A DNA stretch of 64,000 nt from Phaeosaccion multiseriatum (lineage: Eukaryota; Protista; Ochrophyta, other classes). The translations under genes and the position numbers were made by a program. Position 1 is the stretch's first letter; every line of letters starts with the position of its first letter. Shown piece after piece: positions 1-14,548 of the stretch. Where the stretch lies: the NCBI GenBank assembly GCA_965112735.1, contig OZ218950.1, positions 496,001 to 560,000 on the forward strand, given 5' to 3'. Below the pieces are notes generated by a model, which saw nothing but the letters and a program-made list of their open reading frames with translations, did no database searches and was not told the DNA's origin.

Positions 1-269
1 TCACGACGGTGTAGTGGGCGCTCGGGATCGGCGTGGTATAGAGCAGGTAAGGAGGTTGTTGGGAGACAAGAGAGCCAAGGGTTAGAAATGACCTATCCTC
101 TTCATGCTGCTGCAAGCGCAGCCGCACCGCAGCTTTCTTGATGCAGAGATTGACCCAACATTTTTGTCCTTTTTTGCACCGCCATACCCTCGCCTCTGTC
201 TATCCTTGTCCGCCAGCAGACGAATCACAGCAGAGAGGAGCGAGCAAAGGCGCAAGATTGCGGGCCACG

Positions 270-3266
<2,997 letters not shown>

Positions 3267-4573
3267 CCGTGTACAATGCGACCATAACCAGTGTAGTACG
3301 ATCGAGAAAAGAGAATAGTTGTGGGGTTTCGTTGAGGGCGTGTGATTTGCTCTTAATTCCCTTCTTGTTCGGACCGGGTACACTAAACTAGGTTACTTGA
3401 GTTGAGTGAATGAGTGAGTGAGCAAGTGAATGATACTACACGACTTCATGCACTGAACTGACCGTAATCAATTAGTTTGAGTGGGTGAGAAGTCACAGTA
3501 CACTTTAATACATCAGCCGCTCTGTCCGCGTCGTCTCCTGTCGTGTTCTGTGGTGTGGGTAGTGGGTACACCCTCCCTCCCGATCTCGATCGGGGTAGAA
3601 TAGAATAGAATAGAAAAGAAAGAGGCTTCAAAGAGAAGAAAGACCGAGTTGGGAGCATCTGTTGAGGTAGTGAAGGGCCCTGCTTGAGTCAGTGTGGCAG
3701 TCTCGAGGTGGGTCTGCAGAGATGCATTTGCGCGAGGTAAGCGGGTTGGTAGACACAACAGGACTCAAGCCGGGATCCACGATGCGCCCGTTATTGGGGG
3801 GGAGGAGAGCGACGCGCCCGGACGTCTGTTACTGGTAGAAAGCAGATGGCACTTGAGGGTGCACCTTCACGGTATCGCCAAGCAAATAACTTTCTAGGAC
3901 CTCTTGCCTTGATACAATGCAATGCTACAATGCAAGGGCGCTAGTCTTCTCAGGGGGGCGAGGCTGAGGGACGGAGGCGGCTCGTGGGGGTGGAGAGAAG
4001 AAAGATGCCTGCGACTGCCCAGGGGCTGGGCTTCGATGGTTTGATTTCGCATATCTGCATCTCCACTTTTTCATTCATTCAGTCAATCGTTTGTCTGGCC
4101 TTCTTAATTCGTAAATGCTGTTGCTGCAATGCTGCAATGCCTCTCGGGAAGCCTCACTCCACAGCTCCAGCAACAAGTACAAGCAGGCTCCCCAAGCACA
4201 AGCAAGCCCCCCTCCTCGAGAGGGCTCGTGCACCCGAAGTGTACACATGCGCATGAAGCACCAACTGACCAAGTACACGGGTGTGGAAGGGTGCTCATGT
4301 CCTCATGGTCCTTCTCTCGCAAGCACGCGAAAGGAGAGTACGTGGCCCCTAAGAGTGTGTGTGGCCAGGAGCTTGGGCAGGGGTGCTTTCTCGAATCACG
4401 AAGGAGACTCGGGGAGCTATACTATCTCTCTCTCTTGTCGTTCTTCTTTTTCTATCTCCCTCTCTCTCTCCCTCTCTCTCCAGCCGCACCCCCCCCCCGT
4501 CTGGCCACAGCCCAGCTGTACCAACCAACCAAGGTCTATCACCCCCCTCGGCCCGTCCCGTCCCAGCCCAGCC

Positions 4574-6285
4574 TCAAACAATGCGCTCCAGCTCCGTGGC
4601 ATACGACAAGTTCTCAGCAATGAGTCGCATGGAGGGGATGTCACTGCTCTTGCTCGCCGCCCCGCCCTCCTTGAACAAGAGGGTGTCCCCCCGCAGTACC
4701 CACTCGGGATGACTCACCTCCACGAACTCCTCCACCTGAGCACGTAAGGCAAGGGGAGAGAAGGGTATATGGATACAGAGAGACATGCAGAGGTATACGG
4801 GTGTAAGTTGATCAGATTACGGGTACAATTGGGAGGTTGTGCGTGTGTGTGTGTGTCAACAGGAGACCGTGCCCAGGCGGGGGGCAGGGGCGGCGCGAGG
4901 GCGGGTGGGTATACAATACAGAGGCCAGCGATGCGATAGATCGATCAGGCTGTGGGTGTATTTAGATGGGGACACCCTGATACTCATTCGTCCATTCATT
5001 TATCCAACACTCTACTCTGAACGACAGGCCAACACACAACAGTGTCATAGAAGAGAGAGAGAGAGAGAGAGACGGGACAGTACAACGACCATCAATCAAG
5101 CAAGCAATCAAGCAATCAATCAAGAGATCAACCAACCAACCAACCAAGCCTCCAAGCAACCACACCCACCTCCTGCCTGGACTTGAGCATGAGCAGTTCC
5201 TGAGCGGCGCCGATCGAAATGTCTTTGTACGCTTGCCCCATGCACTCTGCGATAGCGTCTCTGACGGTGTCCAGCAGCCCCACCATCAGGTATTGGAAGT
5301 AAGGGTGCGGGATGTGGGCTCGCGCCTCCAGAACCTGGGTGGGTGAATGGGCGGTTGGGCAAGGGCGACGGTGAAGGGGGGGATGAGGTCATGATATACG
5401 GGATCGCGTGGGAGAGCAGCGGGGTGGGTAGTAGTAGTAACAGCAGCAGCAGCAGCAGCAGCATCAGCAGCCGTAGCAGCAGCCGTAGCAGCCGTAGCAG
5501 TAGTCACATTGCGTAGCTCCAGTCCACTCCAAGTGTAGGGTGTGTACCCGAGTGTGTTCCACAAACCATCACGCTTTCCTCCCCCAACGGAGGGGGGCAA
5601 ACTCTCACTCCCGTAGAGAGACAGAGTTTCACCCTCCAATGCTCCGAGAGGGGTGGGAACTCACTAACTCATTCCCTTTCTCATTCTCCCTCCTCTCTCT
5701 CCCCCTTTCTCTTCTGTCTCCCACTGTCTCTTCCCCCCTCCCCCCCCCCCTCTCTCTCCCTCTCACCTGATCGTATGACCCCACCATAAGGTACTGCTCC
5801 AGGCGAATGGGGAAGGATATACACTCGTGCCCCAGCTCTTCCTCCGTCAGCAGCTCCAGCTCGCTGTGGAACTCCGCCAACCGATTCTCCACCAACAGGA
5901 AGAAGAGGTTCAGGCCCAAGATGGAAAGCCTATTAGGCGACTGCGGTAGCTTCTCCAAGAGCCCGCCCATGTAGTAGGGCTTTAGCTGCGCCATGTGCCG
6001 CTGAAAAGTGGTGGTGTTGGGCTCCCTCGCGCTGAGAAACACTGCCGCCTCCAGAATGTCCCGGCTCAGCTTCCTCTCCTCCTCGGCCGTGGTGCTCTCT
6101 TGGCACAGTGGGGGGAGTGATTGGAACGAGGTCATGAGGATCTTTAACCTCGTGAGCACCGGCTTTGCCCCATCGATGTCCCCCGACTCAACCAGTTTCG
6201 AGAGCTTCTCTGAAAGCGTTGTTCCCTCCTGCAGCCCAGCCACCGCTGGCGCCTGCGCTTGCATCCCTCGCATTTTGGCCATCAT
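4574..6285 (-). CDS. RPN12: 26S proteasome regulatory subunit RPN12/PSMD8, 3 exons
   Basis: Exons ~6285-5767, 5334-5170 and 4735-4574. Motifs: FQRHMAQLKPYY, ILGLNLFFLLVENRLAEFHSELELL, FPIRLEQYLMVGSYDQV, LLDTVRDAIAEC, and C-terminal LIAENLSYATELERIV*. Confidence 0.95.
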
Positions 6286-6314
6286 CTTTTCCGTCCCCTC
6301 TGCGCAGCGGCGGC

Positions 6315-6347
<33 letters not shown>

Positions 6348-7263
6348 GGCAAGGGGGACTTTGGGCAAAGCCGAATGGAGGCTGTTACCCGTGGCTCGAA
6401 AAAAGCAGCTCAAATGCAAGGAATCTTCCCTTCGCAGCAGCACAGCGACAGGTCCAAGTAAAGAGAACAGGGAAAGGCTAACAGGAGGAGAATAGCGAGC
6501 TCAAGTGGTGATGGAAACAAAGAAGGAACTAACTTTTTTTCTCGCCTCTCTCTCTCGTCTTCGTTGCCACGGGAGCGTGCGACGCTGCGAATTGTTGGCA
6601 TATTTGAAGTGTCAAAGTTTCCTAAGTCGTAAGTGGGCAAAAGATGCGGGTTTCGTTGCGAGACCAGAAATCCTTCCTTTCCCTATTTTTTTCTCTGACC
6701 TCACGCCGTACAACGTGTACCTCTTCAGCCATGATGAGGCTGTTTGAAGGGTAGAGCGCCCGGGCGCATTTCTCCAACGAGGTGCGACGTAGCGTCTCTG
6801 TTTCTCTCTCACTCCTCCTCCCCCCCTTCCTCGCTTCCCTCTCCCGATCCTCTCCCTCTCTCTTCGAGTATCTCTCTCCCTCGCTCTGTGTCTCTCTGGC
6901 TGTTTCGCGCTCTCCCCTTCTATATTCTTTCCTCTCTTTCTCTGTCGCCCTCTCCCTCTTTCTCTTTTCTCTTTCCCCCCTCGTCTCGCTCCCTCCCTTT
7001 TCTCCCGCTCTGTATCTCTCTCTCCTCGTCTCCCTCTACATCTCTGTCTCTGTCTCACTCTCACTCTGTCTCTTTCGCTTTGTCTCTCTCTCCCCTCCCC
7101 TCCTCTCCTCTCCCCTCTCCTCCTGTCATCGCTCTCTCAAAGACAACCAACCATGCCAGACAACAGTTTACACAAGAGAGAGAAGACACAACCACCACCA
7201 CTCCACCCCTAACTTCCCCATCCACCGCTGGCTTCTCATCATCCTCACAGCACTGCACCTCTG

Positions 7264-7519
7264 ATGGACTACACTGAAGAGCTAGCGGGGCTGAACCATG
7301 AGCTCAGCATGTTCCCGCAGCGCCTCTTCCACTTCTCCTGCGGAGACGTGCTGATCGACCAGGACGTCGGGGATGTGGGCAGCGTGGTGTGGGACGCCGA
7401 GGTAGTACTGGCACACTCCTTGGACGAGGTGTTCGGCAAGCTGAGGCCTGGCGCCCTGCGTGGGAGAAGGGTGCTGGAGCTCGGGGCAGGGACGGGACTT
7501 GCCGGCATCGTAAGTCGTT

Positions 7520-7612
<93 letters not shown>

Positions 7613-8910
7613 AGAAAGCTTGTTCGTTGGTTGCCCTATCCTTCACTGAGGGCTACGTGGTGCACGTTATGAGGCACTCTTTCTCCCTTCCTCTCTCTCT
7701 CATCTCCCCTTCCTCCTCTCCTTTTCTTTTCCTCTTCCTCTTCTCTACCGAATAGGTTGCCGCGCGTCTGGGTGCGACGGTGGTGCTGACGGAACAAGCC
7801 AAGCTCTTGGAGCAACTAAGAGCCAACGTCCGCGCCAATATCGGCGGCGGCGGCGGCAGCAGCAGCAGCAGCAGCAGGAATGAGAAGGATGAGCAGGGTG
7901 GGGAAGCGCACGTGGTCGAGCTGAAGTGGAGCCTTGATACTGCAGCCCTCTTTTCGCAGCTTACGATGGGGGGTGTGGCACAATGCCAGGCAATGGGAGG
8001 AGCAGTAGCAGTTGGTGACACAGCAACAGTTGGGGAGACAACGACAACAACAGCAGCAGCAGCAGGAGGAGGAGGAGGAGGAGGGGCGGAGGGAGAGACC
8101 CATCGAGCCACTACAGCAACCGCCTTGCCATCAACTGACATCTTGCCATTATCAAGCTCAAGCTCTCCCTGCTCTGCCGTGGACTTTGCTGCCCCATATG
8201 ACCTCATACTCGCCTCCGATATCATTTATCTCGAGGCACTATGGGGAGAGATGGTCGCCACGTGTCAGGCTCTGGTGAGGAGCCGAGGGGCCGTCGTGCT
8301 GATGAGTTATGAGCAGCGGAGGAGGCCGGTGGAGGCCTTCTTTGATATGCTGCCGAAGCTTGGGGGAGGGGAGGGGACGGGGCCGTTACAGGAGGAAGAG
8401 AGGGGAGATGAGGAAGAAGTGGAGAAGGTGGGGGTCGAGGCGGTACAAGCGGCCGAGGGCCCTAGAAGGAACAACGAGGACCAGCAGCAGCAACAGCAGG
8501 AGAAGGAGGAGGAGCAGTTGGTGATACAGCAGGAGGCGGAGCCGCCGCATCGACCCCTTCATCATCATCATCATCACCTCCTCCCGACAGAGGCAGCGGT
8601 GATGGCAAGTGCAGCGGCGGCGGAGGCGCACGAAGCAGCTGTTAGGGCCTTGAGCAGAGCGAGAGAGGCGAGGGGGAGGGGAGGAGAAGATGGTTATGGC
8701 CTCGTGCCTTGGACATCGCGTGTGCTGAGAGGGGCTCACCTGGAGGCGGCTTTCCGAGGTGCGAAGGTCAGGATACATGCCATTGGGCCAGCAGAGGCGT
8801 TGGGGAGGAGCTCTGGGGATGGAGTAGAGAAAGGGGAAGGGGGAGGGGATGATGACTTGACATCGCCTGCAGCTGTGCTGAGGTCCTTGATCGGTGAGCA
8901 GCAGCTGTGA
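7264..8910 (+). CDS. METTL21/Methyltransf_16-family protein lysine methyltransferase, 2 exons
   Basis: Exon ~7264-7509, (CTGT)n intron, exon 7756-8910. Motifs: GSVVWDAEVVLA, GRRVLELGAGTGLAGI, ELKW, YDLILASDIIY, MSYEQR. Confidence 0.85.
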
Positions 8911-9399
8911 CGAGAGAGGAGATGGCTAGCAGCCATGACGTTGATAACGGCAACGACAAGAGAGAGAGAGAGGATTGAGCTCTAAGGGGCCGACTGGCCT
9001 GTCTTATTCCGACAGTGGGGACAGCGGCCGACACACCCACGGGCAACGCGCGAGACGGCCAGACGCACACACGAGAGGGCGTGTACGATATCGACTCAGA
9101 AGCACCATGTGTGCGTGAGTGTGTGTGTGTGTGGGTGTGTACTTGTGAGTGTGAGTGATTTCGCCGCCAGACCAGACCCTGCTCAGGACCGACAATGGAG
9201 GAGAAGCACGCAGGCTGAGCACATTTGTCTCTCTCTCCTCGCATGCGTGTCGCTCTCAAGAGAAAGCTGGATCTGGCATCGGCCCCTGGCTGCTTCGTTG
9301 CCAGTTCGACCAGCGGTGGATGATTGGGACAAGGGCAGCAGCTGATGACACAGCAGTGAAAGGTACGCACCACAAGGGGGGGGTCGGAGCTGTGGGAGG

Positions 9400-9873
9400 G
9401 TGCGTGCCCGATGGCAGCAGACGACAGCAGACGCGCGGGGAGGAGTATGCTTCGGGCCGGCCGCGGCGAATGACATCGATCTCAAGCCCTTCTCTCGATT
9501 TCGGAAGGAGTGGGTCGGCTGTTGCTTGAGGGAAGTGAGAGTTGAGAGAGAGAGAGAGGAGGGGGGGGGTTTCGCTTCCCAGCAGATAGAGTCGAGCCAG
9601 GGCAGGGGGGGGGTGGCTCCAAAGCTTATTGCACGAATGAAGAGAGAGGGAGAGAAGCACGAGGAGGAGTTTGCCCAGTGTACGCCTGTGCCCAAGCGAG
9701 GAGCTGCGACGGACATCAACGGGACAGGAAGGAAGAGGGCAAAATGCTCCTCTTCGATTGAGGGAGAGGAGGAGAGGAAGGAGGAAGGCAAGGAGGCACT
9801 GGAAGATGGGATTGGGGTGGGTTTACTTGCGGGGCTGAGGCGTTGTGTCGGCGACGAGATTCAGCTGGCCTAG
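9400..9873 (+). pseudogene. Diverged fragment of the zinc-finger-array gene family (C-terminal part, fingers absent or degenerate)
   Basis: ARMKREGEKHEEEFAQCTPVPKRGAATDINGTGRKRAKC...KEALEDGIGVGLLAGLRRCVGDEIQL aligns with ARVKREGAEQKEEIARCTPVPKRGAVEDINGRGSKRAKC...KEALEDGNGVGLLAGLGLHVGDEIQL of the ORF at 44073-45353. Confidence 0.75.
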
Positions 9874-10476
9874 GGGAAAGGCATCTCCTCTCCAATTACG
9901 TGCGTACCGCACGCGGGGAGGGGTGGCAGTGGTTGGGAGTCTGATCCTTCGAGAAAGGCGAGGAGAGGAGATGCCTTTCCCCTAGGCCAGCTGAATCTCG
10001 TCGCCGACACAACGCCTCAGCCCCGCAAGTAAACCCACCCCAATCCCATCTTCCAGTGCCTCCTTGCCTTCCTCCTTCCTCTCCTCCTCTCCCTCAATCG
10101 AAGAGGAGCATTTTGCCCTCTTCCTTCCTGTCCCGTTGATGTCCGTCGCAGCTCCTCGCTTGGGCTGAGTTTGCCCGGTGTACGCCTGTACCCAAGCAAA
10201 CTCAGCCCAAGCGAGGAGCTGCGACGGACATCAACGGGACAGGAAGGAAGAGGGCAAAATGCTCCTCTTCGATTGAGGGAGAGGAGGAGAGGAAGGAGGA
10301 AGGCAAGGAGGCACTGGAAGATGGGATTGGGGTGGGTTTACTTGCGGGGCTGAGGCGTTGTGTCGGCGACGAGATTCAGCTGGCCTAGGGGAAAGGCATC
10401 TCCTCTCCTCGCCTTTCTCGAAGGATCAGACTCCCAACCACTGCCACCCCTCCCCGCGTGCGGTACGCACGTAATT
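9691..10476. repeat. Inverted triplication / long hairpin (A - revcomp(AB) - AB)
   Basis: 9894-10174 is the reverse complement of 10196-10476 (21-nt loop). 9691-9893 is the reverse complement of 9962-10164. Confidence 0.92.
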
Positions 10477-10708
10477 GCTAGCAGCTCTCGAGGTCTCTGG
10501 GTGGGATAGTCCTTCGCCTTCAATATATCAGTGTCAGTATCACTTCTCGCCACTCTCTCCGTTTGGGACGGGAACGCAATTCCTCAGCTTTGGGGTACCT
10601 TCATACTCTCTAGGCAGAGGGAGGTAGCGTCCCCACACAGCACCCACCCACTCATGGCCCGGTCAGATCACGGCACTATCTCTCATCTCTGCTGTCTACT
10701 TACATGAG

Positions 10709-12157
10709 TCAACAAATGCACTCCTCCTGCTGCTGCTCGTCCTCGTCCAAGAGGCCCCTGAGGAGGTCGATCAAAAAGCGCACTCCTACGAGGTACCCTT
10801 CGTCTCTCTCCCCTTGGCCTTGACCTTGGCATTGGCATGGGTCACGCTCTTGCCTTTGATCTTGCCCCTCCTCCTCCTCTTCCTCCTTCGGCATGTGGCT
10901 GTGGGCAAAGTCGATCAGCTTCACGCCGGGCCTGTGGCTGGTGCTGCTGTCTCGCTTAGCGTCATAAACAAAGAAGAGACTACTCGCTGTGAACTTGGCT
11001 CCTGGGTTCTGATCCACCCACCGCTCCACCACCTCGAGTTGTTGCACCATTGCGCTCACTGCTCCTCTCCTTAGACGGGTACGCGTGGTGTGGAGGTGGT
11101 GCTGATGGTGCTGCGCCTCTTCTTCGAACGCCCCGTGGTCGCGCCCGCCACCGCCTTGGCAGGCCTGCTGCTCTGAGGAGGAGGAGACGGCTCTCACCAC
11201 TTCGCAGCTCAGGAAGTCACGAAACACCTCAGGCATCTGCTGCTCGCTCAGTGACCTTCCCCACGCCTTGGTCTTCACCTCTAGAGTCGGCTCCAACCAG
11301 ACGAAGCCTCGCTGCTCTCTGTCCTCCTCCTTCTCTTCTTTCCATCTTACTCTGTCCCCTTCATTCGAGGGGTCTGGGGAACAGCAAACCAACGAGTTGG
11401 GGGAATATCCTCCTCCTCCTCCTCCTCCTCCTCCTCCTCCTGCTGCTGCTGCATCCACTCCATTGTACACGTACGTCCTTCTTCCTGCCACTCGGAACCC
11501 TATCCTCTCCTGCAGTGGGTACTTTGCCCTCTCCGCCGCCTTCTTCTCAGGAGAGGCATCGGGCTCATACGTGCGAGTGCCCATTTTGACGTCCATACAA
11601 CACGGGTACGCACACCCCTCCGTCACGTCCTCCATCGCCAAATAAAGCTGCTCCCTGGTGGTGTCCTCCCAACCTTCCTCCTGCCTCCTCTCTTTCAAGG
11701 CGGTATCCTCCTCCCTCCCCTCCTTCAAGTCGGTTTTGCCCTTGATATTCTCGCCACCACCACAACCATGCTGCCCCACAATGGCATAATCGGCAGCCCC
11801 AAGAGCTACGAGGCCATAATAACGAGGAGCGCAGCCCTGCAGTCCCCAAGCTGCCTGGCCTTCAGCTGCCGCTTCAATGGCTTCCAGCAAGGAAACCTCG
11901 ACCTCCCCCCTCTGTCCGCTCTGCAGTCGCTTGAGGACCAAGCGCCTTGCCCCCTGGCCAGCTTCTCCTCCCCCAAGAGGGCGAAGAAAGGGGGGGGGGT
12001 CGTCGTAGGAGAGCAGCAGCATGCTCGGCGCCCCCTCTCTCATCTTGGTGTGCCCAGCCACTTGGTGCCACAGAGGCCCCACCACCACGCCCTTTCCTCT
12101 ACACCTGACACCATTGCGCTCAGCCCTCGCCCTCCCAGCCTCCAGAGGAGAGGCCAT
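10709..12157 (-). CDS. Inositol polyphosphate kinase / multikinase (IPK family), single exon
   Basis: Motifs: HQVAGH, MEDVT...PCCMDVKMGTRTY (PxxxDxKxG), GFRVAG, SSLFFVYD (SSLL), VKLIDFAH (IDF). Confidence 0.92.
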   Translation of the reverse strand: MASPLEAGRARAERNGVRCRGKGVVVGPLWHQVAGHTKMREGAPSMLLLSYDDPPPFLRPLGGGEAGQGARRLVLKRLQSGQRGEVEVSLLEAIEAAAEGQAAWGLQGCAPRYYGLVALGAADYAIVGQHGCGGGENIKGKTDLKEGREEDTALKERRQEEGWEDTTREQLYLAMEDVTEGCAYPCCMDVKMGTRTYEPDASPEKKAAERAKYPLQERIGFRVAGRRTYVYNGVDAAAAGGGGGGGGGGGYSPNSLVCCSPDPSNEGDRVRWKEEKEEDREQRGFVWLEPTLEVKTKAWGRSLSEQQMPEVFRDFLSCEVVRAVSSSSEQQACQGGGGRDHGAFEEEAQHHQHHLHTTRTRLRRGAVSAMVQQLEVVERWVDQNPGAKFTASSLFFVYDAKRDSSTSHRPGVKLIDFAHSHMPKEEEEEEGQDQRQERDPCQCQGQGQGERDEGYLVGVRFLIDLLRGLLDEDEQQQEECIC

Positions 12158-12278
12158 CTTGGTTGTTTGACGATTGACAAATCATCGCCCACATAAGTCA
12201 AGGATCGTTGACTTATACGTCGCTGACATAATGTGGCAGTTCCAAAATCTCCAAATCCGATAATCGAGCAGAACAGGA

Positions 12279-14489
12279 ATGACCATGGAGAATATAACGT
12301 GGAGGAGTAAGGGGAGCAGCGTTGTGTCTGAGACGCAACAGCAGCAGCAGCAGGCCTTACCGGGTGGACTCCCCCTCCCTTCCATTCTGAGCAACCTGCA
12401 CCACATGCAGTCCCACACCACTTCGTACCAAGATCTCATGATGGACTGGAAGAGGCCGCCTCCTATTCGGGAAGCCACCCAGTCCTTGGCACGGCTGGTG
12501 GGGGGAAGTGACCCTGTAGTAGCAGACATCAGCCGAGGGACGTCAGCACAAGGAGGAGAAGGAGGAGAGGAAGAAGGGGGGTTTGGAGAAGGGCGAGAAG
12601 GAGGGGTGGGATGGAGAGACAGGGCTGGAGGCCGATACAGAGGAGGGGACGCCATCGATAAGACTGAAGACCAAGTGGCTGACTACCTCGAGAGAACGAG
12701 GCAGCGGCAAGTTCGGGGGCTGGGAAGGACTGGTGGAGCAAACAGGACAGCATCAATGCCCCTGCGGTCTTTCCCTGACCGAGAGGAAAGCGGCAACAAC
12801 GCAGCGACCTCAGGGTACAAAGGGTACCAGCAAGTTGCAAACCGAGGCAGGAAGAGGTCGAGAGGGGGAGGCTCGCGAGGAAAAGGAGGAGGAGAGGAAC
12901 GTCGAGCAAGGGAGCAAGAGCGGCGCCAAGCAGCGGACGCGATACGTTCACAGCTCGGATTGCAGCAGACCTCCTTCATATGCCGTCCAAAGAAGAGGCA
13001 GGACGAGCAAGAGGCGAGGTCGAAGCGTAGCTACAGCAGGTCTCCCCCCCCCCTTAGCCTCCAAGTGCCGCCCTTCGACCCTGCTTCGTCGGACCTTCTC
13101 TCGATGGGGGCCGGGGGGGCTCAATCTCTCTCGCCGTACAGAGGGTCGGGGCAGCAGCACCAGAAGATGAATGGGCAGGGGGGAGGGTTGACGTCCTGGG
13201 ACCACCCCCATGGGACAACTTCAGGACTTCGATCGCTTGGCTCGCTGGGCTCGCTGGGCTCGCTGGGCTCCGTCGACTCCGCCGAGGAGGAGGAGGGGGA
13301 GGGGGGAGATCCAGGAGGAGGAGGAGCAGGACGAGGAGGAAGGGGGAGGGGGGCGAGGTCGGGAGGGAGACAAAGGCAAGGAGGAGATCGATGGGAAAAC
13401 TGGGAGGCCAAGTTGCAGGTGCCAGACGAAGGGGAGCGTGGGGGGGGGATGGGCACTAGTCCGGTACTTGATGGGGGACAGATGATGAGCAGGGCGCCGG
13501 CTGGAGTGGCAAGACAGACAGTAGAAGCACACCATAACCGAGAGAGTCATTATGATAGAGGGGCAGGGGGAAAGAGAACTGTAGAACGCTCGAATGAAGG
13601 GAGAGAAGGTGGGGAAGGAGGTATGAGAGAGGAGGCGGGGGAGCAGGGGGAGGGGGAAGAATGCGAACCGGAAGAAAAAAATGGAGAGGGGCGAGGTGGA
13701 ACAGATGTTTCTTTCGATGTTTCTTTCGAGGCTTTCGTGCAAGAGCAACAAGCTACGACGAGCCTGCATCCGCCGGGGCCGCCATCTGTGTTACTTCGCA
13801 CTTTGTCGGCGCGGACGTCCAAGATCTTGGCGCGCCTCCCCCCCCCCTCGGAGGTCGACTTGGAGCGTCTCAATGACATTGAGGGGAGGTTAGAGGCTCT
13901 ACCACCTCAGTCTTTGCAGCTTGGGAACACCAAGGGCCTGTACGCCAGGTTGGGGGGAGAAGGAGGAGGAGTGCGACCAAGACAACATGCCGCGTCCTCC
14001 TCCTCGGTGGTGGCAGCGGCGCAAGCGATGATTCAACGAGACGAAGAGGCCGAAGCAGCAGCAGCGGCAGCGGATGATACAGCAGTTGGTGATACAGACG
14101 TTGGCGACACAGCAGTTGATGATACAGTGGGGATGAGGGAGACAGCAAGGAGGGCAGTGAGACCCCCCCCTGCCAGAGGCCCGGGCGTGGGCGTGGGAGC
14201 GGGTGCGAAGGGGCTGACGAACAGGGACATTGCTGATATGATGGCCCTTCCCCAACAGGAGCAGTTGGTGATACAGCTGCAGCAGAAGCAGCAAGGGAAG
14301 CAGTTGGTGATACAGCCCACCGCCCGCCCTCCGGTGGAGCTCCTCGGCAGCGGCACGGTGCGGCTGGTGGGCGAGGAAAAGAAGAAGGCACTTCACAGGG
14401 GGGCAGGCGGAGGAGGAGGAGGAGGAGGAGTAGTAGAGCGAATCGGAGGCACTGTTCCAGCCCCGCACTCCCACAGTCATCTTCACCAG

Positions 14490-14548
<59 letters not shown>

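Noticed and set aside
3446-4330. Short ORFs between the aminopropyltransferase and RPN12 genes
   Set aside because: No recognisable motif or consistent exon structure; likely UTR or intergenic.
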